DNA of 50,508 bases from the NCBI GenBank assembly GCA_021847925.1, contig JAJZNI010000016.1:1-50508 (forward strand), in the 5' to 3' direction. Shown piece after piece: positions 26,222-35,195 of this stretch (positions are counted from its first letter, which is position 1; each line of letters opens with the position of its first letter). The notes beneath the pieces are model-generated. The model did no database searches, was not told the DNA's origin, and was given only the letters and a program-made list of their open reading frames with translations. Origin of the DNA: a bacterium. GTDB taxonomy: Bacteria > Chloroflexota > Dormibacteria > Aeolococcales > Aeolococcaceae. Position numbers and translations under genes: made by a program.

Positions 26222-27946
26222 GTGAACGGACCGGTTTCGTCGGAGCTGGGCTCCGAATACTGGCGCGGCGCCGAAGCCGCTGTTCGGCGCACGATCTACC
26301 GGGGCACCGGCTTGGGCGACGACATCGCCGATCGGCCTCACATCGGTATCGTCAACGCGTACACGGATGCCTCGCCCGCGTACACGCACCTGCGCGGCCT
26401 CGCCGATGCTGTCAAGACCGGGGTATGGGCTGCCGGCGGAATTCCCTTCGAGTTCGGCACCTTCGCCACCTGCGGCAACATCGGCCTTGGCAGCGAGACG
26501 CTCAAGTACGAGCTCGTCATTCGCGATGCCCTGGCCGGGTCCATCGAGATCATGGCGAGCGTCCACCACTTCGCGGGGCTGGTCCTTCTGGCCTCGACGG
26601 ACAGCGTGATCCCAGGGCACATCCTCGGCGCGCTCCGCCTCAACCGCCCCACCCTCTTTGTCACCGGCGGTCCGATGCTCAGCGGGCACTGGCGCGGGCG
26701 GTCCGTCACCGCCATGCACGTCAACGAGGCCGTCTTCGGCGGTCTGCCCTCGGGAGCGATCACTCCAGATGAGCTGAAGGGGCTGGAGGACTCCGCCTGT
26801 CCCACGGCGGGAGCCTGCCCCGTCATGGGCACCGCCAACACCATGCAGATCCTCACCGAGCCCCTGGGGCTGGCTCTGCCGGCCACCGCCACCATACCCG
26901 CGGTGATGGTGGACAAGGTGCGTGCCGCGCACGTCTCCGGCCGGCGCATCGTGGACCTCGTCCGGCAGGGATGTCGCGTGGGGGACGTCCTCGACAGCCG
27001 GGCTCTGCGCAACGCGCTCATCGTCGACCTCGCCATCGGCGGATCGACCAACGCCGTGCTCCACCTGCTCAGCTTCGCCAGAGAGCTGGGGCTTCCCCTC
27101 ACCCTGGACGATTTTGACGAGCTGTCCCGGGTCATCCCCTGCCTGTCCGGTGTGCTACCCAACGGGCCGCACACCGTCGATCAGTTCCACCAGGCTGGAG
27201 GCGTCCCCCAACTGATGAAGCACCTCGGTGACCTCCTGGATGGAGACGCCGTCTCCGCTGATGGGCGCCCATGGCGGACCGTGCTCGAGCGTGTCGAGGA
27301 CCGTCCCTCGTCGGTGATCGCGACCCGCGAGAAGCCCCGCTTCGCGGACGGAGGTCTCTCCGTCCTGCGCGGGAACCTCGCGCCCTCGGGAGCCATCATC
27401 CGCCAGAGCGCCGTGCCCTCCGAGATGCAACGGCACACCGGTCCGGCCATCTGCTTCGACAGTGACAGGGACGCCTACGAGGCCGTCATCGGCGGCCGGG
27501 TGCGCCGGGGCTCGGTGGTGGTCGTGCGCTACCAGGGTCCGCGCGGTGCGCCGGGGATGGTCGAGGTCATGCTCACCTCCGACGCCCTCACCAGCACGGG
27601 GCGCAACCGCGACACCGCGCTCATCACCGACGGACGCTTCAGCGGATTCAATCACGGTCCCATCGTCGGTCACATCGACCCGGAGGCCGCGGTGGGCGGG
27701 CCGATCGCCCTCGTCGAGGATGGCGACACCGTCGAGATCGACATCCAGAACCGCCGCTTGGAGCTGCACGTCGAGGCTCGTGAGCTCGAGCGCCGCCGCG
27801 CCTCGTGGCGTCCACCCGAGCGATTCCAGCGCATCGGGCGAGGCATCCTCGGTCTCTATGCGATGACGGCGCTTCCCGCGAGCGAGGGGGCCGCGATGCA
27901 GCCGTGGACCGAGGCCAGCCACGAGAGGGAGCCGGCCGCCGTCTAG
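26222..27946 (+). CDS. IlvD/Edd family dehydratase
   Basis: 574 aa. Fe-S ligand region CPTAGACPVMGTANTMQ and C-terminal ITDGRFSG. GTG start. Confidence 0.9.
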   Translation: MNGPVSSELGSEYWRGAEAAVRRTIYRGTGLGDDIADRPHIGIVNAYTDASPAYTHLRGLADAVKTGVWAAGGIPFEFGTFATCGNIGLGSETLKYELVIRDALAGSIEIMASVHHFAGLVLLASTDSVIPGHILGALRLNRPTLFVTGGPMLSGHWRGRSVTAMHVNEAVFGGLPSGAITPDELKGLEDSACPTAGACPVMGTANTMQILTEPLGLALPATATIPAVMVDKVRAAHVSGRRIVDLVRQGCRVGDVLDSRALRNALIVDLAIGGSTNAVLHLLSFARELGLPLTLDDFDELSRVIPCLSGVLPNGPHTVDQFHQAGGVPQLMKHLGDLLDGDAVSADGRPWRTVLERVEDRPSSVIATREKPRFADGGLSVLRGNLAPSGAIIRQSAVPSEMQRHTGPAICFDSDRDAYEAVIGGRVRRGSVVVVRYQGPRGAPGMVEVMLTSDALTSTGRNRDTALITDGRFSGFNHGPIVGHIDPEAAVGGPIALVEDGDTVEIDIQNRRLELHVEARELERRRASWRPPERFQRIGRGILGLYAMTALPASEGAAMQPWTEASHEREPAAV

Positions 27947-27971
27947 CGATGGAGTCGCCAGCGCGCCACAC

Positions 27972-29033
27972 GTGCCTCGGGTGCAAGGCTCGGTGAGCGC
28001 CCCGCCCGTCAAGGTGCTGCTGGCGATCCGGGTCGACCCGCACCAGGTCGCCCGGATCGCCGCGGTCAGCCCCCGGCTGCTGGTCACCTACCGGCCCGAG
28101 CTGCTGCCCGCCGGGGGGCTCACGGGGGCGGCCCCGGCCCGTGACCCGGCGGACGGGGTGACGAGCATGGGGGGCGCCTCGGCGTGGAGGGATCTGCTGG
28201 CCGACGCCGAGATCATGCTCGGCTTCGATTGGGAGGAGCCGGGGAACCTCCTGCGGCGGGCGCCCCGACTGCGCTGGGTCCAGGCCGACAGCGCGGGAAT
28301 CGGCGAGTTCGTCGCCGCCCATGGTCTCGTGGACGACCGCCTGCAGTTGACCACCGCATCCGGCGTCCACGGCCAGCCCATCTCCGAGTACGTCCTCGCC
28401 GGGATGCTCCACTTCGCCAAGCGCTTTCCCGACCTGGCGGAGTGGAAGGCGGCCCGTGAGTGGCGGCCGTACACCCCCGTGGAGCTGGCCGGCTCCGAGG
28501 TCCTGATCATCGGTCTGGGGGCCATCGGACGCGCCGTCGCGCGGCTCTGCGCCGCAGTGGGGATGAGGGTGACCGGGCTGCGCCGAACCGGCGGACCGCC
28601 ACCCCCCGGGGTGTCCCACATCCTCGGCCATGCCGAGCTCGACGAGCGCCTGCCGGACTTCTCCTTCGTGGTGCTGGCCGCTCCTCTGACGCCGTGGACC
28701 CATCATCTCCTCGACAGGCCTCGCATCGAGCGCCTGCGCCGAGGCGCGGTGGTGATCAACGTCGGGCGAGGGGCGCTCATCGACGAGGAGGCGCTGGTGG
28801 CGGCCCTGGCTGGCGGTGGCCTCGGAGGCGCGGTGCTGGATGTCTTCGAGATCGAGCCCCTGCCGGCTGCCAGCCCCCTGTGGAGCCTGTCCAACGTCGT
28901 CATCACCGCGCACTCGTGCGGGGCGGTCACCGAGGAGCCCGACCGCATCGTCGATCTCTTCATCGACAACCTCGGCAGGTATCTCTCCGGGCAAGCGCTC
29001 AGGAACCTCTACCAGGCGGACCGAGGCTACTGA
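27972..29033 (+). CDS. D-isomer-specific 2-hydroxyacid dehydrogenase (NAD-binding)
   Basis: IIGLGAIGRAVARL, NVGRGALIDEEAL, ITAHSCG. Start uncertain among three GTGs at 27972, 27981 and 27993. Confidence 0.9.
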   Translation: MPRVQGSVSAPPVKVLLAIRVDPHQVARIAAVSPRLLVTYRPELLPAGGLTGAAPARDPADGVTSMGGASAWRDLLADAEIMLGFDWEEPGNLLRRAPRLRWVQADSAGIGEFVAAHGLVDDRLQLTTASGVHGQPISEYVLAGMLHFAKRFPDLAEWKAAREWRPYTPVELAGSEVLIIGLGAIGRAVARLCAAVGMRVTGLRRTGGPPPPGVSHILGHAELDERLPDFSFVVLAAPLTPWTHHLLDRPRIERLRRGAVVINVGRGALIDEEALVAALAGGGLGGAVLDVFEIEPLPAASPLWSLSNVVITAHSCGAVTEEPDRIVDLFIDNLGRYLSGQALRNLYQADRGY

Positions 29034-29114
29034 GCCGCCTCCCCAGCGCGACCAAGCAGGCAGCGGTTCTCTCCCTCAGGGTCACCGCCGCCCACGGCTC
29101 CGGCCCCCTCCTCT

Positions 29115-30485
29115 TCACGCACCCTGGGCGCTCTGAAGCCTCCTCCACGCCGCCGCATGCTCGACCACGACGTCCTCCACCGCCGCGACGACGCCGGAGA
29201 GCTCCCCATAGCCCACCGGCGTCGAGATGGCGAGCATCCCTCGCGGGGCGATGAGCACCCCCCTATTGAGGAGCCCCAGGAAGAGGTCTCGCTTCATGGG
29301 CTCGCTCGCGGCCCGCATCGTGCGGTGGTCCCGCACCCGCACGGCGGTGAAATGGATGTTGAGGAGCGAGGCCAGACCGGTGATCTGGGCGGCGATCCCA
29401 CGGCCCGCGAAGGTCTCCCGCAGCCTGCCACGCAACCACTCGCCCCTCTCGCCGAGCTCGCGGAACACGGACGGTGTGAGCTCGCGCAGCTGGGCCAACC
29501 CTGCCCTCATGCCCAGGGGATGCCCGTTGAAAGTGCCTCCCTGAGGTAGGCTGCGCTCCCGTTCGGGGTCGAGGCAGGACATCACCTCGGCACGACCGCC
29601 GAAGGCCGCCACCGGCAGGCCCCCGCCGATGATCTTGCCCAGCGTGGTGAGGTCGGGCTCCACGCCGTACAGCGCCTGGGCACCGCCGCGGTCCACGCGA
29701 AACGAGATCACCTCGTCGAAGATCAGCAGCATCCCCAGCTCTGCGGTCACCGCGCGCAGAGCCTCGAGAAACCCGGGCTCGGCGGGGATGGTGCCGCCCA
29801 CTCCCAGCACGGGCTCGACGATGACGCCGGCCACATCATGCGCGTGTTCCCTCAGGATCCGGACGGCGCCCTCGGGATCGTTGAAGGGCACGACCACGGT
29901 GTCGTGCACGACCCACCGGGGGATCCCCGGCGAGTCCGCCTCCGCCACCGGCCTGGCCGCGGGCCCCGCCGTCGCCAGGTCCGGATGCGTGCTCACCTGC
30001 GCGAGGTCGTGAGTTCCGTGGTAGCCGCCCTCGACGCGGGCGAGGCGCGGGCGTCCCGTGAAGGTTCGCGCGAGCCGCATCGCATACATCGTCGCCTCGG
30101 TTCCCGAGTTGGTGAACCGCACCCGCTCCACAGAGCGCACCCGGCCCACCAGCTCCTCCGCGAGCTCCACCTCCGCGGCGGTCGCCGCGGCGAAGCTGGT
30201 TCCGCGTTCCACCTGCGCCGTCACCGCGGCCACCACCGCAGGATGCGCGTGACCCAGGATCAGTGCGGTGTAGTTGCCGAGCATGTCGAGGCGCTCAGTG
30301 CCATCGACGTCCCACACGCGGCAACCCAGCCCGCGCTCCAGGTAGAGGGGATAGGGCTGGAAGTGGACCGTCGTCCGGGTGGTCCCTCCCGGCATCACCG
30401 CGGCGGCTCTGCGGTGGAGCTCGCAGGAGCCCGGCGTCGTGGCAACGTAGCGGGCCTCCTCAGCCGTCCTGCCCTCCGCGGCCAC
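29115..30485 (-). CDS. Class-III PLP aminotransferase, glutamate-1-semialdehyde aminomutase-like
   Basis: MPGGTTR, FDEVISFR, PLP Lys in TLGKIIGGGLP. Confidence 0.9.
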   Translation of the reverse strand: MAAEGRTAEEARYVATTPGSCELHRRAAAVMPGGTTRTTVHFQPYPLYLERGLGCRVWDVDGTERLDMLGNYTALILGHAHPAVVAAVTAQVERGTSFAAATAAEVELAEELVGRVRSVERVRFTNSGTEATMYAMRLARTFTGRPRLARVEGGYHGTHDLAQVSTHPDLATAGPAARPVAEADSPGIPRWVVHDTVVVPFNDPEGAVRILREHAHDVAGVIVEPVLGVGGTIPAEPGFLEALRAVTAELGMLLIFDEVISFRVDRGGAQALYGVEPDLTTLGKIIGGGLPVAAFGGRAEVMSCLDPERERSLPQGGTFNGHPLGMRAGLAQLRELTPSVFRELGERGEWLRGRLRETFAGRGIAAQITGLASLLNIHFTAVRVRDHRTMRAASEPMKRDLFLGLLNRGVLIAPRGMLAISTPVGYGELSGVVAAVEDVVVEHAAAWRRLQSAQGA

Positions 30486-30508
30486 GTTCTCCGGCGCCTC
30501 CCTCGGTC

Positions 30509-32008
30509 TCAGTCGCCCTTGAGGTTGATGTAGATGTGCTTGGTCTCGAGGAAATCCTCGAGTCCCCAGGGACCGAGCTCACGTCCGAACCCGGACCGCT
30601 TGTACCCTCCCCACACGGTCTCCGTCGGGGCGGGCTGGGAGTCGTTGATCCACACCGTCCCGGCGCGCAGCGCGCGGGCGGTGCGGATGGCCCGCGTGAT
30701 GTCGTTGGTCCACACGGCGGCCGCCAGCCCGTAGTCGGTGTCGTTGGCGAGGTCGACGGCGTCGTCGATGTCGTGGAAGGGAATGACGACGCCGACCGGC
30801 CCGAAGATCTCCTCGCGCGCGATCCGCATCGACCTGTCCACGTCGTAGAAGAGGGTCGGGGGCACGAAGTACCCCGAGGCCAGGTCCGGCGCAGCAGGGG
30901 TGGGGCTGGGCGTGACCAGCTTTGCCCCCTCCGCCAGTCCGGAGTCGATGTAGCCCTGCACGCGATCGCGCTGCTCCGCGCTCACCAGAGGCCCCATGGT
31001 GGTGCCGGCGTCGAGGCCGTGGCCCAGGCGCACACCACCGGCTCGTTTCCGCAACGCCTCGAGGGCTCGGTCGTAGACCTTCGCCTGGACGAGGATCCGG
31101 CTGCCCGCCGAGCAGACCTCACCCTGATTCCAGAAGATCCCGAAGCAGGTCCCGTCGATGGCGCGCTCGAAGCTCGCGTCGTTGAAGATGATGTTGGGGG
31201 ACTTCCCGCCCAGCTCCAGGGTCACCCGCTTCACGGAGTCGGCCGACTCGCGCATCACGAGCTGGCCGACCTCCAGCGACCCGGTGAAGCTGATCTTGTC
31301 CACCTTGGGATGCTGGACCAGGGGCAGCCCGGCCGTCGGACCATAACCGGTCACCACATTGAGGGCTCCGTCCGGCAGGCCCGCCTCGCGGAGGATCTCG
31401 GGGAGCTCGAGAGCGGTGAGAGGCGTCTGCTCGGCCGGCTTGACCACGCAGGTGCAGCCCGCGGCCAGCGCCGGGGCAAGCTTCTGGACAGCCATCAGCA
31501 ACGGGTAGTTCCATGGCACGATGAGCCCGGCGACGCCGACGGGCTCCTTGACCACGAGGCTCAGCGCGTCGGGACCGACCGGTGGTATCGCACCCATCAC
31601 CTTGGTCGCCCAGCCCCCGTAGTACTCGAACATGAAGGCGGCCTCGTCGATGTCCTCCAGCGCCTCGCCGATGGGCTTGCCGCTGTCCAGCACCTCCAGC
31701 TCGGCGAGCCGGCGGCGCTCGCGCCGAACCACCTCCGCGGCCCGGATCAGCACCCGACCGCGTTCGCGCTCCGGTGCCCGGGGCCAGGGGCCCGCGTCGA
31801 ACGCCCGCCGCGCGGCGGCAACCGCGCGATCGACGTCGGCGGCCTTGGCGTGTGCCACGTGCGCCAGAGGCACACCCCGGGCGGGATCCACGGTGTCGAA
31901 GCGATCGCCGTCGGCGGCGTCCTCCCACCGACCATCGATGAACAGCTTGCAGTCGCGCACCTCGCTCGCGCGGGGGAGAGCTCCGGTCGTCACTTCCATC
32001 TCCGTCAA
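30509..32008 (-). CDS. NAD(P)-dependent aldehyde dehydrogenase
   Basis: FTGSLEVGQ, ELGGKSP, catalytic Cys GEVCSAGSR, EEIFGPV. 32008 is a TTG; an in-frame ATG at 31999 is the likely start. Confidence 0.9.
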   Translation of the reverse strand: MTEMEVTTGALPRASEVRDCKLFIDGRWEDAADGDRFDTVDPARGVPLAHVAHAKAADVDRAVAAARRAFDAGPWPRAPERERGRVLIRAAEVVRRERRRLAELEVLDSGKPIGEALEDIDEAAFMFEYYGGWATKVMGAIPPVGPDALSLVVKEPVGVAGLIVPWNYPLLMAVQKLAPALAAGCTCVVKPAEQTPLTALELPEILREAGLPDGALNVVTGYGPTAGLPLVQHPKVDKISFTGSLEVGQLVMRESADSVKRVTLELGGKSPNIIFNDASFERAIDGTCFGIFWNQGEVCSAGSRILVQAKVYDRALEALRKRAGGVRLGHGLDAGTTMGPLVSAEQRDRVQGYIDSGLAEGAKLVTPSPTPAAPDLASGYFVPPTLFYDVDRSMRIAREEIFGPVGVVIPFHDIDDAVDLANDTDYGLAAAVWTNDITRAIRTARALRAGTVWINDSQPAPTETVWGGYKRSGFGRELGPWGLEDFLETKHIYINLKGD

Positions 32009-32041
32009 CCTGCTGCTTGGTCGCTTTCCCCGGCCTTGCGG

Positions 32042-32965
32042 TCAGGGCTCCTCGTGCGCTCCTCCGTCGGCCAGGAGGAAGAGCGCGGAGTGATCCAGAT
32101 CCCCGCGATCGCTGTCGACAAGCTGCTGAAACCCGGCCAGGGCGGCCTCGAGGGCGGGAGTCGGGACCCCGTAGGCGGCCGCCGACCGGCGGGCGATCCC
32201 CGCGTCCTTGAGGTGGAGGCGAGCGCGGAACCCGGGACTGAACGACCGGTCGAGCATGCGCTGCCCATGGACCTCGAGGATGCGGCTCGCGGCAAAGCCG
32301 CCCAGCAGCGCCTCGCGGACCTTCGCCGGGTCGACCCCCGCGGCCGTGGCGAGCGCGAGGGCCTCGGCGACGGCCTCGATGGTCGCCCCCACGACCAGCT
32401 GATTGGCGGCCTTCGCGACCTGTCCCGCGCCGACCTCACCGATGTGCACGACCTTGGCTCCGAGAACGTCCAGGACGGGCCTGGCCCGCGCCACATCCGC
32501 CTCTCCCCCTCCCACCATGATGGAGAGGGTTCCGCCGATGGCGCCCTGCTCACCCCCGGACACCGGCGCGTCCACCATCCCCACGCCACGGGCTCGCATC
32601 TCCTCGGCGATGCCGCGGGTGGCGATGGGATCCACCGTGCTCATGTCGATCAGCAGCAGACCGGGCCGGCTCGCCTCCAGGAGCCCCCCCGGCCCACGCA
32701 CCACCCGCTCCAGGTCCGGCGTGTCCGGCAGCATGGTGATGACCGCGTCACTGCGGGCTGCGACGTCGGCGGGTCCGGCTCCGCGCTCGGCACCCTCGGC
32801 CACCAGCGCGTCGACGGGCCCCCGGCTGCGCGAGTGGACCACCAGGTTGTAGCCCGCATGCAGGAGGTTCAGCGCCATCGGGCGTCCCATGATCCCCAGG
32901 CCGATGAAGCCGATGCGGTCCCGCCCCGCGGTGAGCGGTGGCTCAGACATCGATTCGCCATCCAT
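32042..32965 (-). CDS. glxR: 2-hydroxy-3-oxopropionate (tartronate semialdehyde) reductase
   Basis: Near full-length resemblance to E. coli GlxR/GarR as I recall it: IGFIGLGIMG, DAPVSGGE.GA..GTLSIMVGG, GGFA.SRILEVHG, DHSAL. Alternative ATG at 32950. Confidence 0.9.
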   Translation of the reverse strand: MDGESMSEPPLTAGRDRIGFIGLGIMGRPMALNLLHAGYNLVVHSRSRGPVDALVAEGAERGAGPADVAARSDAVITMLPDTPDLERVVRGPGGLLEASRPGLLLIDMSTVDPIATRGIAEEMRARGVGMVDAPVSGGEQGAIGGTLSIMVGGGEADVARARPVLDVLGAKVVHIGEVGAGQVAKAANQLVVGATIEAVAEALALATAAGVDPAKVREALLGGFAASRILEVHGQRMLDRSFSPGFRARLHLKDAGIARRSAAAYGVPTPALEAALAGFQQLVDSDRGDLDHSALFLLADGGAHEEP

Positions 32966-33734
32966 ACTCGGTCACCCACCTGAAGCTCTCGTCCGTCGGC
33001 ACCGTGGGACGGTACTCCAGCCCAACCCGCCCCCCATAGCCGAGCTGATCCAACTCGCTGAGGATGCGCCCATAGGCAAGCTCGCCGGATCCGGGCTCCC
33101 CCCGCTCGGGGGAATCGGCGATCTGGACGTGCCCCACACGGTCGATGAGCCGCCGCAGCGTCGCGAGCACGTTGCCCTGGGTCCGCTGGACATGGTACAC
33201 GTCGAACTGGAGGCGCAGGTGCGGCGACCCCACGTCGGCCAGCATCCGCTCCGCCACGCCGAGGCCGTCGACGAAGAATCCCGGGGTCTCGATCGGGTTG
33301 AGCTGCTCGATGTGCAGGGTGATGCCGCTCCCGGCAACCTGCTGTGCCGCCCAGCGCAGGTTCTCGACGGCGCACTCGTACTGGTCATCCCAGGGCAGCG
33401 AGCCGTCCCGCAGCCCCACCAGGCAGTTGAGCTTGCGGGTGCCCAGCTCGGTGGCGTAGCGGACGGCCGTGTCCACTCCCTGGCGGAACTCGGCCCGCCG
33501 CTCGGGGAGGACCGCCATCCCACGTTCCCCAGCGGACCAGTCCCCGGCGGGGAGGTTGAAGAGATCGAGGGCCAAGCTGGCGTGCCCCAGCACGTCGCGC
33601 AGATCCTCCGCTCCGTACTCGTACGGGAAGAGGAACTCCACGGCGCGGAAGCCCACACGAGCGGCCGCCCCGAACCGCTCGGGAAACGGGAGCTCGGCGA
33701 AGAGCATGCTCAGGTTGGCGGAGAAGCGGGGCAC
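32943..33734 (-). CDS. hyi: Hydroxypyruvate isomerase
   Basis: MPRFSANLSMLF, NLPAGDW.AGERG, HRGEPG-like SPERGEPGSGE. Colinear with E. coli Hyi. Confidence 0.93.
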   Translation of the reverse strand: MPRFSANLSMLFAELPFPERFGAAARVGFRAVEFLFPYEYGAEDLRDVLGHASLALDLFNLPAGDWSAGERGMAVLPERRAEFRQGVDTAVRYATELGTRKLNCLVGLRDGSLPWDDQYECAVENLRWAAQQVAGSGITLHIEQLNPIETPGFFVDGLGVAERMLADVGSPHLRLQFDVYHVQRTQGNVLATLRRLIDRVGHVQIADSPERGEPGSGELAYGRILSELDQLGYGGRVGLEYRPTVPTDESFRWVTEYGWRIDV

Positions 33735-33745
33735 GTTCCGGCGGC

Positions 33746-35083
33746 CTATCCGAGGACCGCGCGATCCGCTATCTCAAGCGCCGCGTCCAGTATCTCAAAG
33801 CCCTGTGCCAGCTCATCCTCGCTGATGCAGAGAGGGGGGTTGGTGTGGATCGACCCGCCGACGATCTGCGTGTAGAGCCCGTGCTCCCGGAGGTGGCTGC
33901 TGATCGCCTTCATCTCGTCGCTCGTGCCACCGAACGGGGCGATCGGCGTGTAGGGGTCCTGCCGGCGCACGAGGTCGATGATGCCGAAGAGGCCGAGGTT
34001 GCGATGCGCGCCGACACTCGGGTGCCGCGCCGCCAGCCGCTCGTGGTGCCCGCGCATCACCGGACCCAGGGCGGCGGAGCGTTCGATGAGCCCGTCCTCC
34101 TCGTACACCCTCAGGGTGGCCAGGGAGGCCGCCAGGGAGATGGGGTGGCTCGAGTACGTCAACCCGCCGGAGAACATCGTGGTCTCAAACCTCTCGGCGA
34201 CGTGGCGCCGCATCGCCACCGCGCCCAGGGGCAGGTAGGACGATGTGATCCCCTTGGCCATGGTCATGAGGTCGGGCACCGTGTCCCAGTGATCGATCGC
34301 GAACCATCTGCCGCTGCGCCCGAAGCCGGCCATCACCTCGTCCGCGACCATGAGGATGCCGTGCCGGTCGCAGAGCTCCCGGACACCCTGGATGTAGCCG
34401 TCGGGCGGGATCAGCACGCCGTTGGTCCCCACGATCGTCTCCAGGAAGACGGCGGCGATGGTGTGCGGACCCTCGTACCTGATGACATCCTCGAGGCCCT
34501 GCAGGCTCTCCTCCACGGGCCGTGGCTCCCTCTCTCCCCAGCGGTGGGTGTCGGGATACCTGACCACCCCCACCAGGCCGGGCTCGTTGGGCCAGCGGCG
34601 CGGGTCGCCGGTGAGGCTCATGGCCCCGAAGGTGGCGCCGTGGTAGGCCCGGTAGCGGGCCAGCACCTTGTAGCGCCCCGTGTACAGGCGGGCCAGCTTC
34701 ATGGCGTTCTCCACCGCCTCCGCCCCCCCCAGGGTGAAGAACACCTTGTCCATGTCACCGGGCAGGATCGACGCCAGCTTCTCTCCGAGCCGGGCGCGGA
34801 TCTCGGTCACGAAGGCCGGCTGCACGAACTGCAGCCGGGTGGCCTGCTCGGTGATCGCGTCGACCACGCGCTGGTCTCCATGCCCGATGTTGACGCACAT
34901 GAGCTGGCTGCAGAAGTCGAGGATCGCGCTGCCCTCGGGCGTGTACAGCCACACACCCTTCGCATGGTCGATGGCGATCGGATCCACCGCGCCCTGGATC
35001 GACCAGGAGAAGAAGGTGTGCTGCTTCGATAGCCGGACCATCTCCTCGCTCGTCATCGCACGCCGAGCCGCTGTCACAGTCAT
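33746..35083 (-). CDS. Class-III PLP aminotransferase (omega-amino acid:pyruvate / taurine-pyruvate type)
   Basis: ADEVMAGFGRSGRWF, PLP Lys in MAKGITSSYLPLG. 445 aa. Confidence 0.9.
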   Translation of the reverse strand: MTVTAARRAMTSEEMVRLSKQHTFFSWSIQGAVDPIAIDHAKGVWLYTPEGSAILDFCSQLMCVNIGHGDQRVVDAITEQATRLQFVQPAFVTEIRARLGEKLASILPGDMDKVFFTLGGAEAVENAMKLARLYTGRYKVLARYRAYHGATFGAMSLTGDPRRWPNEPGLVGVVRYPDTHRWGEREPRPVEESLQGLEDVIRYEGPHTIAAVFLETIVGTNGVLIPPDGYIQGVRELCDRHGILMVADEVMAGFGRSGRWFAIDHWDTVPDLMTMAKGITSSYLPLGAVAMRRHVAERFETTMFSGGLTYSSHPISLAASLATLRVYEEDGLIERSAALGPVMRGHHERLAARHPSVGAHRNLGLFGIIDLVRRQDPYTPIAPFGGTSDEMKAISSHLREHGLYTQIVGGSIHTNPPLCISEDELAQGFEILDAALEIADRAVLG

Positions 35084-35195
35084 AGTTCACTCTGCTCCTG
35101 CTGCGCCCCGTCCTCCACGCGGAGGTGACGCGCCTGCTCTCCTGTGCTGCTCGCACCGTCTGCGGCGACCACCCGCCTCCGCCGTCCCGGCCTCA

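Noticed and set aside
30263-32983. 906-aa plus-strand ORF, the longest in the window. Similar long ORFs: 941..2335(-), 3554..5443(+), 6035..7549(+), 6873..9155(+), 20489..22069(+), 24547..25704(-), 27648..28994(-), 41096..42190(-), 47359..48510(-), 48306..49307(-).
   Set aside because: Their translations are Arg/Gly/Pro/His-rich low-complexity strings with no recognisable motifs. Each lies antisense or out of frame to a gene with clear family signatures and strong third-position GC bias. These are typical shadow ORFs of high-GC DNA.
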